Shown in pieces: positions 59,084-64,000 of a DNA stretch of 64,000 bases (the first letter of the stretch is position 1; every line of letters starts with the position of its first letter). The position numbers were made by a program, and so were the translations under genes. Source of the DNA: Tepidicaulis sp. (lineage in GTDB: Bacteria; Pseudomonadota; Alphaproteobacteria; Parvibaculales; Parvibaculaceae); contig NZ_OZ244942.1 of NCBI RefSeq assembly GCF_965222285.1, positions 761,664 to 825,663 of the forward strand. Reading direction: 5' to 3'. The notes beneath the pieces are model-generated. The model worked only from the letters and a program-made list of their open reading frames with translations. It did not search any database and was not told the DNA's origin.

Positions 59084-59719
59084 TCAGGCGTGGCCGGCGT
59101 CACCGGACAGTAAGGAGAGATCGACGCCGATCGTGGCAAGCGCGCGCTCGTATTTCGTGTCGACTTCCGGTCCGTAAAGCAGCTCTTCGTTCATGTCGCA
59201 GATGAGCCAGCCGTTTTCCTGAATTTCCATTTCAAGCTGGCCTGGACCCCAGCCGGCATAGCCGAGCGCCACGATGGAACGGGAAGGGCCGGTGCCGCGC
59301 ACGATAGCGCGCAGAATATCGACCGTCGCCGTCATCGCCACTTCGGGTGAAACGGTGAGGCTGCTATCCTTGGAAAGATAGTCCTGACTATGAAGTACGA
59401 AACCGCGACCCGGCTCCACTGGGCCGCCGAAGAGAATGGGGCGTTCTTCCGCCTCCAGCATGGGCGCCATATCTCTGTTTTTGGGTGTGGCAAGGACGGG
59501 GTCGATGCCTACTTGAGCGAGCAGGCCGTTGAACGTTATGCCGGGCGCGGACTTGTTAACGATAAGCCCCATGGCACCTTCTTCGCTGTGCGAACAAATA
59601 TAGATCAGCGCGCGTTCGAAACGCGGGTCCCCCATGGTGGGCATGGCAATAAGGAACTGGCCCTGCAGATACCCTTCCACAGTCGGACCTGTCTTGCCCT
59701 TGGGAACACTCTCAACCAT
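59084..59719 (-). CDS. YqgE/AlgH family protein
   Basis: GQFLIAMPTMGDPRFERALIYICSHSEEGAMGLIVNK. The start is taken at MVESVPKG. Confidence 0.8.
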   Translation of the reverse strand: MVESVPKGKTGPTVEGYLQGQFLIAMPTMGDPRFERALIYICSHSEEGAMGLIVNKSAPGITFNGLLAQVGIDPVLATPKNRDMAPMLEAEERPILFGGPVEPGRGFVLHSQDYLSKDSSLTVSPEVAMTATVDILRAIVRGTGPSRSIVALGYAGWGPGQLEMEIQENGWLICDMNEELLYGPEVDTKYERALATIGVDLSLLSGDAGHA

Positions 59720-59825
59720 GATGAGATGGTAGCGGGTTCGGGGGCGCGGACTCAAGGAGAATGCGCTCACGTGCTTTTGTTGGAGTGTTAGTTCCACACC
59801 GGAATTTTTATGCTGTTATGGCCGT

Positions 59826-60698
59826 ATGAGTGATATTCGCAAAAATCCGTTTTTTCACCCGGTCACCGGCGGCCTGACGCTGGTAGCGGCGCTGGCCCTG
59901 CTCGGGGTGGGCGCGTTTGTGAATGCGCCTGAACCCGTCGCTGCAGCGCAGACCCCGACGCAAAGCGCGGCAAGTGATTGGGTCGATCATGATTATGCGA
60001 AAGTGAGGCTCGTCTCGGCGCAAACGGAACTTGGCGATGGCTCGCTTTTGCTGGGCGTCGAGATCGCGCTCGACAAAGGCTGGAAAACCTATTGGCGTTA
60101 TCCGGGCGATTCCGGCCTGCCGCCGCGTTTCGACTGGTCGGGCTCTGAGAACCTGAAATCCGCCGAGCCGCTTTGGCCCGCGCCGGAAAAGTTTACGCAG
60201 CCCGATACGACCTATGGCTATAAGAAACACGTCATTCTGCCCGTGCGGGTGGAAGCGGCGGAGAAGGGCGAGCCGCTGAAACTGTCGCTCGCCTTCTCTT
60301 ACGGATTTTGCGACGAGATTTGCGTGCCTGCCGATGCCGCCTTCGACATGACGTTGATGCCCGGTGAGGCAGAACGCAGCGTCGAGGCGGCGGAGATCGA
60401 AACCTTTGAGGCGCGCGTGCCCGAGGCACTTTCCGCGCGCGGCAGCCGCGCCACGGCCCGGCTTGAAAATGAAAACAAGCTGGAACTTCTTCTGGAGGGC
60501 GGTAACGGTGCACCGCCCGTGCTCATCGTCGACGGGCCGCAGGGCGTTTATTTTGCCGAAGCCGAACTTGAGCATATCGGCGAGCCTTCGCGCTATACGG
60601 TCGAGCTTGACGCGGGACGCGACATTACCGGCGAAATGCTGAACCTTACTTTCCTTGCAGGCGGCAAAGCCTGGGAAGAGCGTGTCGAGATTCGCTAA
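59826..60698 (+). CDS. DsbD N-terminal-domain-like (thiol:disulfide interchange) periplasmic protein
   Basis: A signal/TM region, KGWKTYWRYPGDSGLPPRFDW, and YGFCDEICVP. Confidence 0.65.
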   Translation: MSDIRKNPFFHPVTGGLTLVAALALLGVGAFVNAPEPVAAAQTPTQSAASDWVDHDYAKVRLVSAQTELGDGSLLLGVEIALDKGWKTYWRYPGDSGLPPRFDWSGSENLKSAEPLWPAPEKFTQPDTTYGYKKHVILPVRVEAAEKGEPLKLSLAFSYGFCDEICVPADAAFDMTLMPGEAERSVEAAEIETFEARVPEALSARGSRATARLENENKLELLLEGGNGAPPVLIVDGPQGVYFAEAELEHIGEPSRYTVELDAGRDITGEMLNLTFLAGGKAWEERVEIR

Positions 60699-60832
60699 GG
60701 GTTTCTCGCCTTTGTTTTCGGTCTTCTCCTTGGCCTAAGCGGCGATAAAGGGTTAAATGGCGCATCGGAATTTCCGGGCACCGGCCCGATAAAAGTTCAT
60801 ATGCCCGAACCTACCTGAAAGGAGGCCCCTCT

Positions 60833-61318
60833 ATGACGATCGCAGTAGGAGAGAAGCTGCCCGACGTAACGCTGATGCAGCTCACCGATAAAGGCCCTGC
60901 GCCGGTTAAAACCTCGGAGCTTTTCGGCGGCAAGAAAGTCGTCGTCTTCGCGCTTCCCGGCGCTTTCACGCCGACCTGTTCCAACCAGCACCTGCCGGGC
61001 TTCATCGAAAAAGCCGCCGATATCAAAGCGAAGGGTGTCGATACAATCGCCTGCCTTTCCGTCAATGACGCTTTCGTCATGGGTGCCTGGGGCAAGCAGC
61101 AGGGCGCGGGCGATGCGGTTTTGATGCTGGGCGACGGCAATGGCGATTTCGCCGCCAAGACCGGCCTCGATTTCGATGGCTCGGGTTTCGGTATGGGCCG
61201 ACGCTCGCAGCGCTATTCCATGATCGTGGAAGACGGTGTGGTCAAGCAGCTGAATGTGGAGCCTAATCCGGGCGAGGCGAAAGTGTCGGGCGCCGACACG
61301 ATCCTCTCTCAGCTTTAA
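60833..61318 (+). CDS. Peroxiredoxin (Prx5 subfamily)
   Basis: KVVVFALPGAFTPTCS, with the peroxidatic Cys motif PGAFTPTCS. An AAAGGAGG SD sequence lies upstream. Confidence 0.9.
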   Translation: MTIAVGEKLPDVTLMQLTDKGPAPVKTSELFGGKKVVVFALPGAFTPTCSNQHLPGFIEKAADIKAKGVDTIACLSVNDAFVMGAWGKQQGAGDAVLMLGDGNGDFAAKTGLDFDGSGFGMGRRSQRYSMIVEDGVVKQLNVEPNPGEAKVSGADTILSQL

Positions 61319-61340
61319 GATACGGCTTTCGAGAAAAGCA

Positions 61341-61372
61341 AAAGGCCGCCTTCCGGGGCGGCCTTTTTTTGT
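61341..61372. terminator. Bidirectional rho-independent terminator between the convergent prx and rnhA genes
   Basis: AGGCCGCC-ttccgg-GGCGGCCT, with an A-rich 5' flank and TTTTTTT on the 3' flank. Confidence 0.7.
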
Positions 61373-61378
61373 TTGGGA

Positions 61379-61813
61379 CTAACGATAGGCTTCGATGCCG
61401 GAGCGGGCCAGCGCATCGGCGCGCTCGTTTTCCGGATGCCCGTCATGGCCCTTCACCCAGTGCCATTCGATCTCATGTGTGGCAAGGGCCGCATCGAGCC
61501 GCTTCCACAGGTCTTCGTTTTTCACCGGCTTCTTGGCGGCGTTCTTCCAGCCATTGCGTTTCCAGTTATGAATCCATTTCGTGATGCCGTCGCGCACGTA
61601 AGTGGAATCTGTATAAAGCGCGACTTTCGAGGAACGCTTCAAGGCTTCCAGCGCGCGGATCGCGGCCATCAACTCCATGCGGTTATTCGTCGTCTCCGCC
61701 TCGCCGCCGGAGAGTTCTTTTTCCACGCCGTTATAGATCATCAGCGCGCCCCAGCCGCCGGGCCCCGGATTGCCCGAGCAGGCGCCGTCCGTATAAATCT
61801 CGACTGTACTCAT
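61379..61813 (-). CDS. rnhA: Ribonuclease HI
   Basis: [26 protein letters not shown], and [15 protein letters not shown]. Confidence 0.95.
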   Translation of the reverse strand: MSTVEIYTDGACSGNPGPGGWGALMIYNGVEKELSGGEAETTNNRMELMAAIRALEALKRSSKVALYTDSTYVRDGITKWIHNWKRNGWKNAAKKPVKNEDLWKRLDAALATHEIEWHWVKGHDGHPENERADALARSGIEAYR

Positions 61814-62775
61814 TCATCTATTCCGTAAGCGGCGGCGGATTTGACGTCCCGGTGAAAACGCAGCCGCTTCCAATAATCGCGCGGGTCCTTCGGCTTGACG
61901 AGTGCGCCGGGCGGCTGGTTCAGCCAGTCGTAAAGCCGCGTGAGAAGAAAGCGCAGCGTGCTGCCGCGGGCGAGGATCGGCAGGGCTTTGAGCTCGGCCT
62001 CCGTCAAGGGGCGCACTTGCTGATAGGCCTGAAACAATGCCCGCGCCTTTGTCGCATTGAACGCGCCGTCTTTTTCGAAGCACCAGGCATTCAGGCAGAT
62101 GGCAAGGTCATAGGCAAAAGCGTCGGTGCAGGCGAAGTAGAAATCGATAAGGCCCGACAGTTCGTCATGAATGAAGAAAACATTGTCGGGAAAAGCATCG
62201 GCATGAATGACGCCGCGCGGCAGATCCTGTGGCCAGATTTTTTCCAGCGCACCCAGCTCGGCTTCAATGTCGCGGGAAAGACCCTTTTGCACTTCGTCCG
62301 CGCGTCCCTTACAGGAAAGATAAAGCGGGCGCCACTGATCGACGCCGAGATTGTTGGCGCGGGTCAGGGGAAAGTCCTCACCTGCCAGATGAAAGCGGGC
62401 CATGGCAGCGCCAAGCTCCCGGCAATGTTTGGCCTGAGGCCGGTGGACGGACATGCCTTCGAGAAACGAAATGATAGCGGCGGGCCGCCGGGCAAGCTCG
62501 CCCAGAAATTCGCCGTCGCGGCGCTTGATCGGCACCGGGCATTTCAGTCCTTTGGCGGCCAGATGGTTCATGAGGCCGAGAAAGAAGGGCAGGTCTTCGG
62601 CATGGACGCGCTTTTCATAAAGCGTGAGGATGAAACTGCCACCATCGGTATGCAGCATGAAGTTGGAGTTCTCCACGCCCTCAGCAATACCTTTGCAGGA
62701 GAGGAGGCCGCCGATTTCATATTCCGTGAGGAACGCTTCGAGCGCTTCGTCGCTGACTTCCGTATAAACCGCCAT
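61810..62775 (-). CDS. thrB: Homoserine kinase (ThrB, APH-fold type)
   Basis: [39 protein letters not shown], and [11 protein letters not shown]. Confidence 0.88.
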   Translation of the reverse strand: MAVYTEVSDEALEAFLTEYEIGGLLSCKGIAEGVENSNFMLHTDGGSFILTLYEKRVHAEDLPFFLGLMNHLAAKGLKCPVPIKRRDGEFLGELARRPAAIISFLEGMSVHRPQAKHCRELGAAMARFHLAGEDFPLTRANNLGVDQWRPLYLSCKGRADEVQKGLSRDIEAELGALEKIWPQDLPRGVIHADAFPDNVFFIHDELSGLIDFYFACTDAFAYDLAICLNAWCFEKDGAFNATKARALFQAYQQVRPLTEAELKALPILARGSTLRFLLTRLYDWLNQPPGALVKPKDPRDYWKRLRFHRDVKSAAAYGIDE

Positions 62776-62783
62776 GCCCCTGC

Positions 62784-63755
62784 CTATCCCATCAATGCGC
62801 GGGGCAGTTTAAAGCTCACATTCTCTTCCGTCACGGAGAGCGTTTCGACGGTGACGTTATAATGCGCGCGGAAAGCGTCGATCACTTCCTCAACGAGGAT
62901 TTCCGGCGCCGAGGCACCGGCCGTGATGCCGACCCGGCGCGCGCCGGCAAGGCGGGGCCAGTCGATATCGCCCGCCCGCTGTACCAGCATGGAGCGCGTG
63001 CAGCCGGCCCGTTCGGCAACTTCCACAAGGCGCATGGAGTTCGACGAATTAGGCGCGCCGATGACGAGGAGCGCATCCGCCCCGCCGCCGTCTTGTGCGG
63101 TCATGGCCTTGACCGCGGCCTGCCGGTTTGTCGTCGCATAGCAGATGTCTTCCTTATGCGGCGCGGCGATCCCTGGAAAGCGGCGCTGCAGCACGGCGAC
63201 AATGGAGGCGGTATCATCGACGGAAAGCGTCGTCTGCGTGATGAAGGCGAGCTTGTCCGGGTTCTTGGGCTCGAAAGCCTCTGCATCCGCCACCGTTTCG
63301 ATCAGCGCCACGGCGCCGTCCGGGAGCTGGCCCATCGTGCCGATCACTTCCGGATGGCCGGCATGGCCGATCAGCACGATCTCGCGCCCCGCCTCGAAAT
63401 GGCGCTCGGCTTCCACATGCACTTTGGAGACGAGCGGGCAGGTGGCATCGAGATAGAAGAGATTGCGTGCCTCAGCCGTGGCCGGCACCGATTTCGGCAC
63501 GCCGTGCGCGGAAAAGATCACGCGGGCATCGTCCGGAATTTCATCGAGCTCTTCGACGAAGATCGCGCCCTTGCGCTCCAGGTCTTCCACCACATAGCGG
63601 TTATGCACGATTTCGTGGCGCACATAGACGGGTGGTCCGTATTTCACCAGCGCCTGCTCGACGATTTGGATCGCCCGGTCGACGCCCGCGCAGAAGCCGC
63701 GCGGATTGGCGAGCAGCAGCGTGATTGGCGGGAGGTCTTTGGGGGCCTGATCCAT
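62784..63755 (-). CDS. ispH: 4-hydroxy-3-methylbut-2-enyl diphosphate reductase
   Basis: [31 protein letters not shown], and [10 protein letters not shown]. Confidence 0.95.
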   Translation of the reverse strand: MDQAPKDLPPITLLLANPRGFCAGVDRAIQIVEQALVKYGPPVYVRHEIVHNRYVVEDLERKGAIFVEELDEIPDDARVIFSAHGVPKSVPATAEARNLFYLDATCPLVSKVHVEAERHFEAGREIVLIGHAGHPEVIGTMGQLPDGAVALIETVADAEAFEPKNPDKLAFITQTTLSVDDTASIVAVLQRRFPGIAAPHKEDICYATTNRQAAVKAMTAQDGGGADALLVIGAPNSSNSMRLVEVAERAGCTRSMLVQRAGDIDWPRLAGARRVGITAGASAPEILVEEVIDAFRAHYNVTVETLSVTEENVSFKLPRALMG

Positions 63756-64000
63756 CGTCTAAGCTCAAGGTCGCATGAAAAGGGTTTCGAGTGGCGCCAG
63801 CGTGAAAAGCTTTCCCCGCGGGGCGCCGCACCTTGTGGGGCCGCTGGCCCTTCGGTAAAGTGCACGGGCTTGGCCGCGCCGGCCGCCAACAGGCGAATCT
63901 GAGGGTAATAGAGGGCCGAGGCCTGATAAAGTCAAGGAACGAGCACGCGCCCGGCCGGGCAGGTGCCGCCAGCAAGAGAGAGCGGAAATGGGAAAGAGCG

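Noticed and set aside
63988-64000. A possible start of a plus-strand gene at the window edge (atgggaaagagcg).
   Set aside because: Only four codons are visible, so it cannot be supported.

Overview
This is a high-GC, gene-dense chromosomal segment that looks alphaproteobacterial; the gene order resembles Hyphomicrobiales/Rhizobiales-type genomes. I support about 60 protein-coding genes and recognised no rRNA, tRNA, CRISPR array, integrase or transposase.

Most of the window is housekeeping:
- rRNA/tRNA modification: rsmD, rluB, tadA, rsmE
- purD and xseA
- a lipid A/Kdo cluster: lpxL-like, lpxK, waaA, DUF374, msbA-like
- pmbA and tldD
- ubiA and gshA
- a complete aa3 cytochrome oxidase cluster: coxB-ctaD-ctaB-small ORF-ctaG-ctaE-DUF983-SURF1
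- thrC, M16 peptidase, thrB, rnhA, ispH

The stretches worth a second look are:
1. At 10.7-15.8 kb, a ShlB/FhaC-type Omp85 transporter lies next to two paralogous glycine-rich lipoproteins rather than a TpsA exoprotein. An AT-rich, palindrome-rich control region lies upstream. The block is bracketed by two paralogous ACAD10/11-N-type kinases.
2. A split ACAD10/11-like (Lva-like) kinase plus FadE2-type acyl-CoA dehydrogenase set.
3. At 33.4-37.0 kb, two divergent citrate-synthase-like paralogs, one fused to an N-terminal HTH. Two perfect TTGAT/ATCAA palindromes sit in their shared promoter, and a DUF2332 gene is translationally coupled.
4. A TetR / fatty-acid desaturase / METTL20-like methyltransferase operon with a perfect 9-bp inverted repeat at the TetR start.
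5. Smaller items: an intergenic palindromic repeat, an orphan terminator upstream of coxB, and a degenerate GGDEF.

All functional calls come from motif recognition in the supplied translations. No database search was run.
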